From an uncultured bacterium (GTDB taxonomy: Bacteria > Methylomirabilota > Methylomirabilia > Methylomirabilales > CSP1-5): a stretch of 64,000 bases of DNA. Shown here one piece after another: positions 10,631 to 20,001 of this stretch; within the stretch, counting starts at the first letter, position 1; every line of letters begins with the position of its first letter. A model generated the notes under the pieces. That model saw only the letters and a list, made by a program, of their open reading frames with translations. It was not told the origin of the DNA and searched no databases. The DNA lies in the NCBI GenBank assembly GCA_964558395.1, contig CAZLDS010000009.1, positions 6,494 through 70,493 of the forward strand, read 5' to 3'. The position numbers were made by a program, and so were the translations under genes.

Positions 10631-10791
10631 GGAAGGCTTCCAACGCTCAATGGCTTGGCAGCAAATACACAGAACCCTGGAAAATTATACGGGGCCTCCC
10701 TTGAAACCTCAACAGGATTCCCGGCCGCGCATTCGGGCGGCAGAGTGGGTGCGAGGGGCAGCGGGTCGAGGTGCTCTGAAGGGAAAGCGGT

Positions 10792-11256
10792 TTATGGGAC
10801 GGAGGGACCGGCGCCGCGCTTGTAGAGGAGGATCTTGCGCCGGAACGCGAGGACCGTCTCCCCCCGCTGGTTCGTGGCCCGGGTCTCGACAGAGATGACC
10901 CCCCGGTCCGGCTTGGTTTTCGACTCCGACTTGTCGAGAACCGTGGTTTCTGCGTACAGCGTGTCCCCGTGAAAGACCGGTGCGTGGTGGGTGATCGCTT
11001 CATAGTCTAGGTTGGCGACGGCGCGGAGGCTCACGTCCCTGACACTTAACCCCACCGCGACCGAGAAGACCAACAACCCGTTGACCAGCCGTTGGCCGTG
11101 CTGCGTCTGGGCCGCGTAATGGGCGTCGATATGCAACGGGTTTTGATTGAGGGTCAGCCAGGAAAACCACATGTCGTCGGCCTCGGTGATCGTCCGCCCC
11201 GGGAAGTGCTTGTAGGTGCGCCCCTGTTCCAGGTCCTCGAAATACCGTCCACTCAT
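10792..11256 (-). CDS. MaoC-family dehydratase
   Basis: [31 protein letters not shown]. Confidence 0.92.
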   Translation of the reverse strand: MSGRYFEDLEQGRTYKHFPGRTITEADDMWFSWLTLNQNPLHIDAHYAAQTQHGQRLVNGLLVFSVAVGLSVRDVSLRAVANLDYEAITHHAPVFHGDTLYAETTVLDKSESKTKPDRGVISVETRATNQRGETVLAFRRKILLYKRGAGPSVP

Positions 11257-11272
11257 TCGGGGTCCCCCTGGC

Positions 11273-12466
11273 TTAAATCACCCTTTCCCGCCTGAGGGCG
11301 AGGAGTTCGGCCTCGCTCAGCCCAAGCCATTCTTTCAGGATCTCCTCGGTATGCTGCCCCAAGAGCGGGGGAGGAAGCATCTCGTGCTCCTGGTCACTGG
11401 CCAGCTTTACCGGGTTTCCGAGGACGGTGAGTGGGCTGCCGGTTCCGGGGTGTTTCAGGGTCAGCAGCATGTCTCGGACGGCCACCTGCGGGAGGCTCAG
11501 GACCTGGTCGATGCTGTTCACCGGGGCGGCGGGAATCTGGCGCGGCTCAAAGAGAGCCATCCACTCCTCGACCGTTCGTCCCTTCAGCACCTCTTCGAGC
11601 ATGGGAACGAGCAGATCGCGATGCGTCACCCGGTTCTCATTGGTGCCAAAGCGATCATCCCGTATGAGATCCGGGCGCTCGATCGCCTCGCAAAAGGGGG
11701 GCCACAGATGGTTCACTCCCCACAGGGCCACGACGAGATAGCCATTGCGGGTTTCAAAGGCCTGATACGGGACCACGTTGGGATGCGCGGACCCGACCGG
11801 TTCGGGTCGCTCTCGCGAGGCGAGATAGTACTGGGCGTGGTAATTCAAGAGACTCAACTGGACATCGAACATCGCGATGTCGATCTGCTGCCCGTACCCG
11901 GTCTTCTCGCGCCGGTAAAGCGCCGCGGCGACGCCGAACGCGCCGGCCATGCCCGCGGCCAGGTCGCCGATCGGCACGCCCATCTTGACCGGAGGCCGTC
12001 CTGGCTCTCCGGTGATGCTCATGGTACCGGCCATGGCTTGGGCGGTCAGGTCGAAAGCCGGCGCGTCTTTCAGTGGCCCCCACGCGCCGTAGCCAGAGAT
12101 CGAGCACGCGATGATGCGGGGATTCACACGCTTGAGGGTTGCGTACTCGAGGCCAAGCCGCTGCATAATCCCGGGGCGGAAATTCTCGACGACGACATCG
12201 GCGGACTCGACCAGACGCAGGAAGAGCGCGCGTCCCTTCTCCGTCTTGAGATTGAGGGTCACGCTCTTTTTGCCGACATTTTCCGCGATGAAGACGGCGC
12301 TCAGGCCTTCCTGGTGATGGAGGCTGGTCCGCCGAGCCACATCCCCTTCTTGCGGCTCCTCGATTTTGATGACCTCGGCCCCCAAGAAGGCGAGGAGCAT
12401 GGTCCCGTACGGACCGGAAATGATGCGCGTGAGATCCAGTATTTTCACTCCGCTGAAGGTCTTCAT
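11273..12466 (-). CDS. CaiB/BaiF family III CoA-transferase
   Basis: ILDLTRIISGP, GAEVIKIE, ADVVVENFRPG, PPPLLGQHT. Confidence 0.95.
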   Translation of the reverse strand: MKTFSGVKILDLTRIISGPYGTMLLAFLGAEVIKIEEPQEGDVARRTSLHHQEGLSAVFIAENVGKKSVTLNLKTEKGRALFLRLVESADVVVENFRPGIMQRLGLEYATLKRVNPRIIACSISGYGAWGPLKDAPAFDLTAQAMAGTMSITGEPGRPPVKMGVPIGDLAAGMAGAFGVAAALYRREKTGYGQQIDIAMFDVQLSLLNYHAQYYLASRERPEPVGSAHPNVVPYQAFETRNGYLVVALWGVNHLWPPFCEAIERPDLIRDDRFGTNENRVTHRDLLVPMLEEVLKGRTVEEWMALFEPRQIPAAPVNSIDQVLSLPQVAVRDMLLTLKHPGTGSPLTVLGNPVKLASDQEHEMLPPPLLGQHTEEILKEWLGLSEAELLALRRERVI

Positions 12467-12577
12467 TCACTTTCCCTCAGGCCGGGTCGGTTCACTCTCT
12501 ATGCTCTTAAGGACGCTGGGAGAAGCCTGTGACGACGTGCCTTTTCCAGCGACTTGGGGCAAATATGGCCCGCCGGT

Positions 12578-14317
12578 TTACTCGGCGAGGGCGGCAGGCT
12601 CCTGGGGCAGGGATTGGAGAAAGCTCGAACGGATTTCATAAATCTCCGGCTTCGCCTGGATTTTGGCGTAGACGAGGTTGCCTTCCGTCTTTCCGAGGAG
12701 CACGGTGCCCAGAGATTCTCCGTCGGTCTTTGCGAGCGTGAAGGCGACCTCGGGCCTATCGAGACCGTAGCGGGTAAGGTCGGTCGAGGCCTTCGTCACC
12801 AGTTTCTCCCATTTGAGATTCTTAATATCGTTTAAAAGATCGGTCACGGCCGCATATTTCGCCTTTCCTTGTCTGGGCTTCGTGAGTTCCCACTGCTCTT
12901 TCCTTTTCTCCAACTGGATCTCTTGGCCATCTCTGTCGAGTATCATCTTTCCCACATCCCATGTCTCGAAGCTCAAGAGTCCCCGAAAGCGGAGGTCAAA
13001 AGGCCCCTGGTCGAGTTGTTCGTAGAGCTTCGCATCCACCAAATACACGGATGGACGGTCGCCCACACGGGCGTATGCCCCCTCTGTCTTCGATGCGCTG
13101 TTCAGGGCCAAGCTGGTGAGGGGTGTGCCGGCCTGGTCCGAGAAACGGATTGTCACCGGGGGCGTGTCAAGGCCATAGAGTTTCAGGGTCTTGGGGGCAT
13201 CAGCCACGAACTCTTTGATCCGGGCGCGATCGAGCTCCCACAGCAAATCCTCGACCATCCGCTGGTCCGCCAACGCTTCCTCCGGTTTCACGATCTTCCA
13301 GCGTCCGTCGACTTTCTTGAGCACTGCGTGCCCCTTCGGGCTCTGAAGTTCAAACTGCTCGACCTTTTCCTGGTTGAGGGCCAGGAGGGTTCGGTCTCTG
13401 AGATCTGCCACGTGTGAGGGGAGGGCCTTCCCAAAGGCCTCCTTGAGCTCGAGCACCCCTGCGTCCCCGTGTCGGCGGGCATACACCGCTCCCCCTTTTT
13501 TCTTCGACCCGAGGAGGAGGGTCGTTTCAGCTCCCCCTTCCAGGGTGAGTCTGATCTCTCCCCGGGGTGGCTGCAGTCCTATCTTCTTCAGATTCACATT
13601 GGCGGGGGGTTCTTCCAAAAAAGCCTCGATCTGCTCTTCTGTGAGGGACCGGATGAGGTCCGCGACCTTTCCCGAATCCGCCTTCACTTCGATGGGTGAC
13701 GTGATCCGCCACTCCTTTTCCGCCTGCCGCTCGAGGCGAAGACGGAGGGCATCCGTCCTAAGACTGACGGCCCTGACCTTCTCCTGGTCGAAGAAGAGCG
13801 GGATCTTGCTTCGGAAGGCGAAAGGTTTCTTTTCCAAGGATGTCTTTACCGTAGCGGGGGCAAGGAGGACCGTACGCTCTCCTGGTCGGTGCGTGTACAC
13901 GGAGGAGCCGGCAGGGGTCGTATTGCCGACCTCCAGGGTGAAAGGCTTGTCTTGCTTTGTGAGATGAACGGTGAGGACAATGGCGGGGTCCTGCAACCCA
14001 AAATCGCCGAGGGTCTCCTCTTTGACGTCCAGGGTTCTCTCAATCTTGGCCCGGGTGATATTGCCCAACAGCGCGGTGATTTCCTTTTCATCCCCGCGGT
14101 CCTCCACCGGCTGAGTCATCCGCCATTGCCCTTCCCCTTTGCGCACGGTGATGACCGTGTCGCCGCGCCGGATACTGAATGCGGTAATCTCGTCTGGGGT
14201 AAAGGAGGCAAGCTTGGTTTTGGCCTCTTTCTCGGCCTCCCGCAGCTCCAGAAAATAGTAGGCGAGGCTCAACAACGCGAGGGTGCCGGCGAGGACGAGG
14301 GTGGTGCGAAACCTCAC
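12578..14317 (-). CDS. DUF4340-type repeat protein, membrane-anchored (Gld-like ABC accessory)
   Basis: N-terminal TM; three repeats with FGL/IGL/YGL-xxP motifs; overlaps the GldG-like gene. Confidence 0.8.
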   Translation of the reverse strand: MRFRTTLVLAGTLALLSLAYYFLELREAEKEAKTKLASFTPDEITAFSIRRGDTVITVRKGEGQWRMTQPVEDRGDEKEITALLGNITRAKIERTLDVKEETLGDFGLQDPAIVLTVHLTKQDKPFTLEVGNTTPAGSSVYTHRPGERTVLLAPATVKTSLEKKPFAFRSKIPLFFDQEKVRAVSLRTDALRLRLERQAEKEWRITSPIEVKADSGKVADLIRSLTEEQIEAFLEEPPANVNLKKIGLQPPRGEIRLTLEGGAETTLLLGSKKKGGAVYARRHGDAGVLELKEAFGKALPSHVADLRDRTLLALNQEKVEQFELQSPKGHAVLKKVDGRWKIVKPEEALADQRMVEDLLWELDRARIKEFVADAPKTLKLYGLDTPPVTIRFSDQAGTPLTSLALNSASKTEGAYARVGDRPSVYLVDAKLYEQLDQGPFDLRFRGLLSFETWDVGKMILDRDGQEIQLEKRKEQWELTKPRQGKAKYAAVTDLLNDIKNLKWEKLVTKASTDLTRYGLDRPEVAFTLAKTDGESLGTVLLGKTEGNLVYAKIQAKPEIYEIRSSFLQSLPQEPAALAE

Positions 14318-15759
14318 GGGGACCGCCTCCGGCGAAGGAAGACAGTGATCCAGGCCCCGAGGATCGCGAATGGTGGGATAATAACTGTCGTCCAGAAGGC
14401 GAGCCAGCCCTGGTTCGCGGTGAGGACCAGTGGAGTAAACTTGGCCTGCCGGGGCCGGATGGCGATCAGCTCTTCCTCTTCGGCCAGCCAGCTCACGGAA
14501 TTGAGAAAGATATCCCGATTCCCTGACAGGTTTAGATGGGAATTCGTGATAAACCCGGAGGTCCCGTAGGCCACAATCCGTCCCTTCTTTCGGTTCGCAG
14601 TTGCCGCTTCACGGTTCGCGGCCTTTTCGGCTTTCGCGCCCTCGGTCGTCGGTCGTCCGTCGTCGGTCGTCACTTTGATCGTTGCCACCGCGCCTACCGG
14701 CACCGGACCCGGCCGGTCTTTCTTTGGGTCCAGCGAGGCCTCGCCGCGCTCAAGGGCTTTCCTATCGGCTTCAGCCCAGCTTCCGGCGCTGGTCCGTCCC
14801 AGCACCTGCACGGTGACCCCTGGGGGCGGTGCCTTGGCCGCGTCTACGGTCCGTGCAAAGGGGAAGAAGGCCGCCATGGTGAAATCCTTCGTAATGGGGT
14901 GCGGCTCGTACTCGGTGATGACTGGGAGCAGGTAGTCACCCCCAAAGGCCCGGCTGAGGCGGTCCACGATCACATCATCTCCCATGAGAATACCGTACTG
15001 TTTGAGGACCGTCGCCAGTTCAGGTGCGGTGAAAGGATCGAGAAGGACGAGCAGCTTCCCGCCCCGTTTGGTATACGCCTCGATCGCCTGAAGCTCCGTC
15101 GGCAGAAGGTCCGACTGCGGACCGGCAATAATCATTACCGCCGCATCCTCGGAAACCTCTTTTTCTCGAAGCAGCAAGAGGGGCTTGACCTCGTAATCGA
15201 CATCGGTCAGCGCCTGCTTTGCCTGGGAGAGGCCCTGGCGCTCTGTGTTCTCTAGATCGGCCTCGCCATGGCCCGTGAGGAAGTAGACCACCCGCTTCTT
15301 CTGCCGGCGGAGCTTGACCAAGGCGTTGGTCATCTTCTCTTCGTTCGCTCCCTGTACCTTCTCTTCTCGGCCGCCGGCCTCGAGCACTATGGTCCCATAG
15401 GTCGTAATCCCATACCGTTTGGCCAACGCGGGATGCCGGTCTGGGTCCACGAACTCGAAGCGGAACTTCGGGGAGACGTGGGCATACTGATCCAAGAGGT
15501 CCTGGGCGGCTTCCTTTTGCGGTTCATCGGTTTGATAAAAGGCGACGGCGTTGACGTCTTTTTCCAGCGACCTCAGGAGGTTAATAGACTGACTGGAGAG
15601 GCTGTGGCGTCTCCCTTGGGTCAAGTCCACCCGGACGTTGTGGCGAATGGCGAGAGCTTCGACCACGACCACGACCGCGAGGAATAAGAACAGGGCGGCC
15701 GCGGTGTTTAGGCCGTATCTTGTCCCCCGGTGACTGAGCAGATGCTTTATCCTTTCCAC
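14314..15759 (-). CDS. GldG-family ABC transporter auxiliary protein
   Basis: DLTQGRRHSLS, FVDPDRHP, VYFLTGHGE, IAGPQSDL, GNRDIFLNSVSWL; N- and C-terminal TM. Confidence 0.9.
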   Translation of the reverse strand: MERIKHLLSHRGTRYGLNTAAALFLFLAVVVVVEALAIRHNVRVDLTQGRRHSLSSQSINLLRSLEKDVNAVAFYQTDEPQKEAAQDLLDQYAHVSPKFRFEFVDPDRHPALAKRYGITTYGTIVLEAGGREEKVQGANEEKMTNALVKLRRQKKRVVYFLTGHGEADLENTERQGLSQAKQALTDVDYEVKPLLLLREKEVSEDAAVMIIAGPQSDLLPTELQAIEAYTKRGGKLLVLLDPFTAPELATVLKQYGILMGDDVIVDRLSRAFGGDYLLPVITEYEPHPITKDFTMAAFFPFARTVDAAKAPPPGVTVQVLGRTSAGSWAEADRKALERGEASLDPKKDRPGPVPVGAVATIKVTTDDGRPTTEGAKAEKAANREAATANRKKGRIVAYGTSGFITNSHLNLSGNRDIFLNSVSWLAEEEELIAIRPRQAKFTPLVLTANQGWLAFWTTVIIPPFAILGAWITVFLRRRRSP

Positions 15760-16517
15760 CGTCGCATCTCCATGGATTTGAGTGTGGCAAAGAGGAAGAA
15801 GCTCGTCACCGCCACGTAGTAAACGAGATCTCTCGTTTCGAACACTCCGCGCGAAAAACTCCCCTGGTGTTCAACCATCGAGAGATACCTGAAGAAGAGC
15901 GCCCAGTCGCCCTCGGCAAGCTGCGCCGCCCAGCCGATGACCCAGAACAGGAGGAGCGCACCGAAGGCCAGTGACGCCGCCACAATCTGGTTCTCCGTGA
16001 GGGAAGAGCAGAGAAGCCCCAGGGCGATAAAGGCCATGGCCAACAAAAGGAGCCCCAAGTATCCGGTCAGGATGGGATACAACTCGGGCTCACTCCACAG
16101 GGCAAGGAGAAATGGGTAGATGGCTGTGACCAAAAGGAGCAGCCCACAGAGGGCCGTGGCGGCCAAAAACTTTCCCAACAAAACCTCCCCATCCCGTACT
16201 GGATAGGTGAGTAACAGTTCCAATGTGCCCTGCTTCCGCTCTTCGGCGAAGAGGCGCATGGTGATAAGGGGCATCACGAAGAGTAGGATCACACTCATAT
16301 TGATGAAGAGAGGTCGGAGGATGCCGTCGGTGACGTTGAGGCCAGCGGCGACCCCCGGATTCATCGAGGCTTGCAGGCTGACGAAGCTGAAATAGGTCAG
16401 GATCGTGTAGAAGAAATACCCGCAGATGACGAGAAAGATCGTAAAGACGGCATACGCAATCGGAGATGCGAAGTAGGCACGCATCTCTCGCTTAAAGATG
16501 GCCAGTATCCCTTTCAT
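15747..16517 (-). CDS. ABC-2 type permease (GldF-like)
   Basis: IFKREMRAYFASP, TMRLFAEERKQGTLELLLTYP, SSLTENQIVA. Confidence 0.92.
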   Translation of the reverse strand: MKGILAIFKREMRAYFASPIAYAVFTIFLVICGYFFYTILTYFSFVSLQASMNPGVAAGLNVTDGILRPLFINMSVILLFVMPLITMRLFAEERKQGTLELLLTYPVRDGEVLLGKFLAATALCGLLLLVTAIYPFLLALWSEPELYPILTGYLGLLLLAMAFIALGLLCSSLTENQIVAASLAFGALLLFWVIGWAAQLAEGDWALFFRYLSMVEHQGSFSRGVFETRDLVYYVAVTSFFLFATLKSMEMRRWKG

Positions 16518-16519
16518 CG

Positions 16520-16630
16520 TCTCTCCAGTCCGAGGTCCGAGGTCCTGGGCTAATGCCTTGCCCCCAGTTCAGGGTTCATAGTTCATGGTTCAGAGAAATT
16601 CGAAATTCCAAATACGAAATTCCAAATACC
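16520..16630. repeat. Degenerate heptamer tandem repeats
   Basis: GTCCGAG x2, (A/G)GTTCAN x4, AAATTCG/AAATTCC/AAATACG run. Confidence 0.6.
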
Positions 16631-16633
16631 CAG

Positions 16634-17590
16634 TCATCGGTCAACGATCGTCGAATCTGTTTCCTCAGTGACCAGATAGATAAAGATGTCCTCCAGGGTC
16701 ATGTCCACCGGTCGCAGCTCCAGGAGCCCCCAGCCGCTGCTGCAGACAACCCGGGCCAGCTCTTGCCGGAGGTCCCGGTCCTTTTCGGTTTCGACGAGGT
16801 AGCGGCAGAGCCCTCCGGCCCCGTCCGTCATCTCGACCCGGAGAACCCCCGTCGTCTCGTGGAGCCGGTCAGCGATCTGGTCTGGCGGCCCCTCGATCTG
16901 GAGAAGCACCTGGGTGGAACGCTGGAGGCGACGGGTCAAGCTTTCCGGGGTGTCCACCGCAACAATTCGGCCTCCGTTGATAATGATCACCCGCTGACAG
17001 ACCATGCTGACCTCGGGGAGAATGTGCGTGGACAGGATCACGGTCCGTTCTCCTTGCATGTCGCGGATCAGACTACGGATCTCGATGATCTGTCTGGGGT
17101 CGAGCCCGATGGTTGGCTCATCCAAAATGAGGATCGGCGGATCACTCACCAGGGCCTGGGCGAGCCCCACGCGTTGGCGAAAACCCTTCGAGAGCTTGCC
17201 GATGATCCGGTCTCGGGCATCCTGCAGCAGGCAGCGTTCGATCACGTCGCCCACCTTCTGTCGTCGGGTGAGGCGGGAAAGCCCTTTGGCCTCGGCAACG
17301 AAGTTCAAATACTGGGTCACAGTGAGGTCCGTGTATAGGGGGACATGTTCTGGCAGGTAGCCGATCCGTCTCCGGACCTCCAGGGCCTGAGCGTGGATGT
17401 CGTACCCGCCGACCTTTGCCGTGCCGGAAGTGGGGGGCATGAAGCAGGAGAGGACACGCATGGTCGTGGTCTTCCCGGCCCCGTTGGGACCGAGAAACCC
17501 AACGACCTCACCCTGCTCAACGGTGAAGGTGAGGTTATCGATGGCGGCCTTGTTGCCGTAAACCTTGGTGAGCTCCTGTACCTCTATCAT
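16634..17590 (-). CDS. ABC transporter ATP-binding protein (GldA-like)
   Basis: GPNGAGKTT, LSKGFRQRVG, ILDEPT, STHIL; start ATG 17590. Confidence 0.95.
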   Translation of the reverse strand: MIEVQELTKVYGNKAAIDNLTFTVEQGEVVGFLGPNGAGKTTTMRVLSCFMPPTSGTAKVGGYDIHAQALEVRRRIGYLPEHVPLYTDLTVTQYLNFVAEAKGLSRLTRRQKVGDVIERCLLQDARDRIIGKLSKGFRQRVGLAQALVSDPPILILDEPTIGLDPRQIIEIRSLIRDMQGERTVILSTHILPEVSMVCQRVIIINGGRIVAVDTPESLTRRLQRSTQVLLQIEGPPDQIADRLHETTGVLRVEMTDGAGGLCRYLVETEKDRDLRQELARVVCSSGWGLLELRPVDMTLEDIFIYLVTEETDSTIVDR

Positions 17591-17699
17591 GGCGTCTCCA
17601 AAATTATAATGCCCTCTCCGCCAATTACAACCCCCAAAGAAGCGGCACCTGCGCGCCCCTCGCTGTCCGCCCCACAATTATCGGGCCTGGAAGGGCTCG

Positions 17700-18126
17700 G
17701 GGGCTCGAGGAGTGGGGATGGCGCACGTTCGGTCCCTCGCTCGAGGCCTGTGGCCAACGGGTCCTGTCGCCTGGCAGCCCCACCGTCCTCGCTCCACCCA
17801 TCCCCCGGTGGGGCCCTTCCGCTGCGGGCGGTGGGGCGCCCCGCCTGGCGCCACCCGTTGGCCGCACCCCGCAGGTCTCGGCAGCCAACCTCAACTCCTC
17901 CTCGCCATAACCCCCGGGCAGCACGTGAAGGCCCCGAGCGACATGCCGGGAGCGGCGGGGCCCCTCGGCGAGCGGCGGCCTGGGAAACCGAGGCGCGATC
18001 CGTGCTTCGTCTCTCTGCACGGAGCGTGAACACGGAGGGACCCAGGCTGTAAGCCGCCGAACAGGGTCGCCGCGGGAGGCCTCGAGCGAGGGACCGAACG
18101 TGCGCCATCCCCACTCCTCGAGCCCC
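17700..18126. mobile_element. 427-bp non-coding element with perfect 50-bp terminal inverted repeats (MITE-like or structured RNA)
   Basis: 17700-17749 is the exact reverse complement of 18077-18126; nested internal helices; intergenic; the IR is certain but the identity is not. Confidence 0.6.
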
Positions 18127-18144
18127 TAGTTCCAAGGTGAAGGA

Positions 18145-19518
18145 TTATGATTTGGGGGAGAGGTCGATGTCGGTCCAGAGGTTCTGAATGTTCGCCAGCG
18201 TGTCCAGCGTGAGGCACCGCTCCATGAGTAACAGCCGCGACACCTCGGGGAGGATGCGACCGGTGAGCCCGTGGAACTTCTGGATCAGCTCTTCCCGTGT
18301 GATGGGATTCTTGGGGTCCCCTTTGGGGTAATCCACTCGGGTCTCGTGTCGCTTTCCGGACGACATCTCGATGGTGACGATCGCTGGCCACCTGTCGGGA
18401 TAGACCTGATCGAGGTGGGGGTCATATTGGAGCTCGACCGCAGACATGAGCTGGCGGACGGTCCGGTCTTTGATGTCCTCTTCGGTGAAGTCGTCCAGCC
18501 CGACTCTGCCTTTGAGGAGTGCGGCGGCAATACAATAGGGAACGCTGAACTTCGCCGCATGTGGACTGATGGGGTCCACTTTCTCGAGGAGATCGAGCGC
18601 GGTCGAGTAAAGGCGGACCGTGACCTTTCTGATCTCGGATGGCGTGAGGTTGAACCGGGTTTTCAAATTCAAGGCGGCGTCAATCGTGGAATGGATGTGG
18701 TAGCAGGCCGCGTGGGCCTTGAAGGAGTTTTCCAGGATCCGGAGGGGTCCGTCCCCCAGATCCTTGGTCAGGCGGGCGAGGTCTGGGGTCGTGGACGTGG
18801 CCCGACCTAATCCCTTCTCCCCCTCGAAGATCTGCGAAGCGCCCGTGAGTCCCTGCTGGGCGAGGAGGGCCGCCAGCAGGCCATCGGCTGCCGCTTTGGC
18901 GGGGTGGAGATGCTTGGACATAGCCCCCTCGCTGAGAAATTGCCACAGTCCCGCAGATTGTGTTCCCGCGTTGCCGAGGGCCCACACGATCTGCTCCGGC
19001 GTCAGGTGAAGAAGCCTGCCTACGGCGGCCGCGGCCCCCAAAACCCCACAGGTTGAGGTGGTGTGCCAGAAGTGATAGTGGCTCGGTCCCACCGCTTCAC
19101 CCGCCCGGATTGCCACCTCGTATCCGGCCACGATCGCGGACACGAGTTCGCCTCCTGAGATGCCGTCCCGCTCGGCCACGGCGAGCGCCGCCGGGATGAC
19201 GGGTGCCGCCGGATGGAGCACGGAGGGCTTGTGCAGGTCGTCCATCTCCAGGACATGGGTCGAGGCGGCATTGACGAGGGCGGCGAGGTGGCATGAGGTC
19301 TTGGACCCATCGGGGATCACCGTCGCCTGCGGCTTTCCCCCCAGCCCCTGAGCGACTTGGACAAACATGGAGGTCGGTCGAGTCGTCCCCCCTGCGATGG
19401 CGGAACCCAGCCAATCGAGGAAAGAGAGCCTGGCGAGCTCGACCACGTCGGTGGGGAGCTTCTCAATCGTGATGCCGGTGATAAACTGTGCCAGTCGTTC
19501 CGAGATCGTCTTTGCCAT
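18145..19518 (-). CDS. MmgE/PrpD family protein
   Basis: LDWLGSAIAG, HVLEMDDLH...HP, AGYEV, FWHTTSTCG, PKGDPKNP. Confidence 0.93.
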   Translation of the reverse strand: MAKTISERLAQFITGITIEKLPTDVVELARLSFLDWLGSAIAGGTTRPTSMFVQVAQGLGGKPQATVIPDGSKTSCHLAALVNAASTHVLEMDDLHKPSVLHPAAPVIPAALAVAERDGISGGELVSAIVAGYEVAIRAGEAVGPSHYHFWHTTSTCGVLGAAAAVGRLLHLTPEQIVWALGNAGTQSAGLWQFLSEGAMSKHLHPAKAAADGLLAALLAQQGLTGASQIFEGEKGLGRATSTTPDLARLTKDLGDGPLRILENSFKAHAACYHIHSTIDAALNLKTRFNLTPSEIRKVTVRLYSTALDLLEKVDPISPHAAKFSVPYCIAAALLKGRVGLDDFTEEDIKDRTVRQLMSAVELQYDPHLDQVYPDRWPAIVTIEMSSGKRHETRVDYPKGDPKNPITREELIQKFHGLTGRILPEVSRLLLMERCLTLDTLANIQNLWTDIDLSPKS

Positions 19519-19645
19519 CGCCCTCTCCAGTGACCAGTGGCTGGTGGCTAGTGGTTGGTGATTGAGGGTAAGTCAGAAGAAGGTAACGGCACCGGTCACT
19601 CGCTGCTGATCACTAATGACTGACCACCAACCACCAATCACCGAA

Positions 19646-19768
19646 TTAGGGGTCGGAGCAGTCACGCGTGTAACCACATTGCGGGCAGATGAGCTTGCAG
19701 TGGATATCCCGCATCGGGGTCCCGCATATGTCACAGCGGTACACGTCGGAGTGGACCGACATCTCCAT
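19646..19768 (-). CDS. 40-aa double CxxCG zinc-finger microprotein
   Basis: Manual translation MEMSVHSDVYRCDICGTPMRDIHCKLICPQCGYTRDCSDP; below the ORF-track cutoff. Confidence 0.8.
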   Translation of the reverse strand: MEMSVHSDVYRCDICGTPMRDIHCKLICPQCGYTRDCSDP

Positions 19769-20001
19769 GCCGCTCGCGGATACCGATTCGCTTCATAAAG
19801 CTTCGTGTCCCGACCACATTATCGAGAATTTCTAAGAATCGCAAGCCTTCGTTCGGTTCAGAGTCAAGAGTTCAGGGTTCATGGCAAATAGTCCGGAGCC
19901 CATAAGAATCGAACCGTCTACCCTGAACCTTGCACGACGACCATGAACCGGTTTGGGCGCGTCATAGCGGTGTGTTATGATCGGACGACAGGGAGGTTCT
20001 G

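Noticed and set aside
17700-18126. RNase P RNA, tmRNA or protein-coding ORFs in the structured element
   Set aside because: No GAGGAAAGUCC signature or tRNA-like ends on either strand; the ORFs are Arg/Pro/Gly-rich GC artefacts
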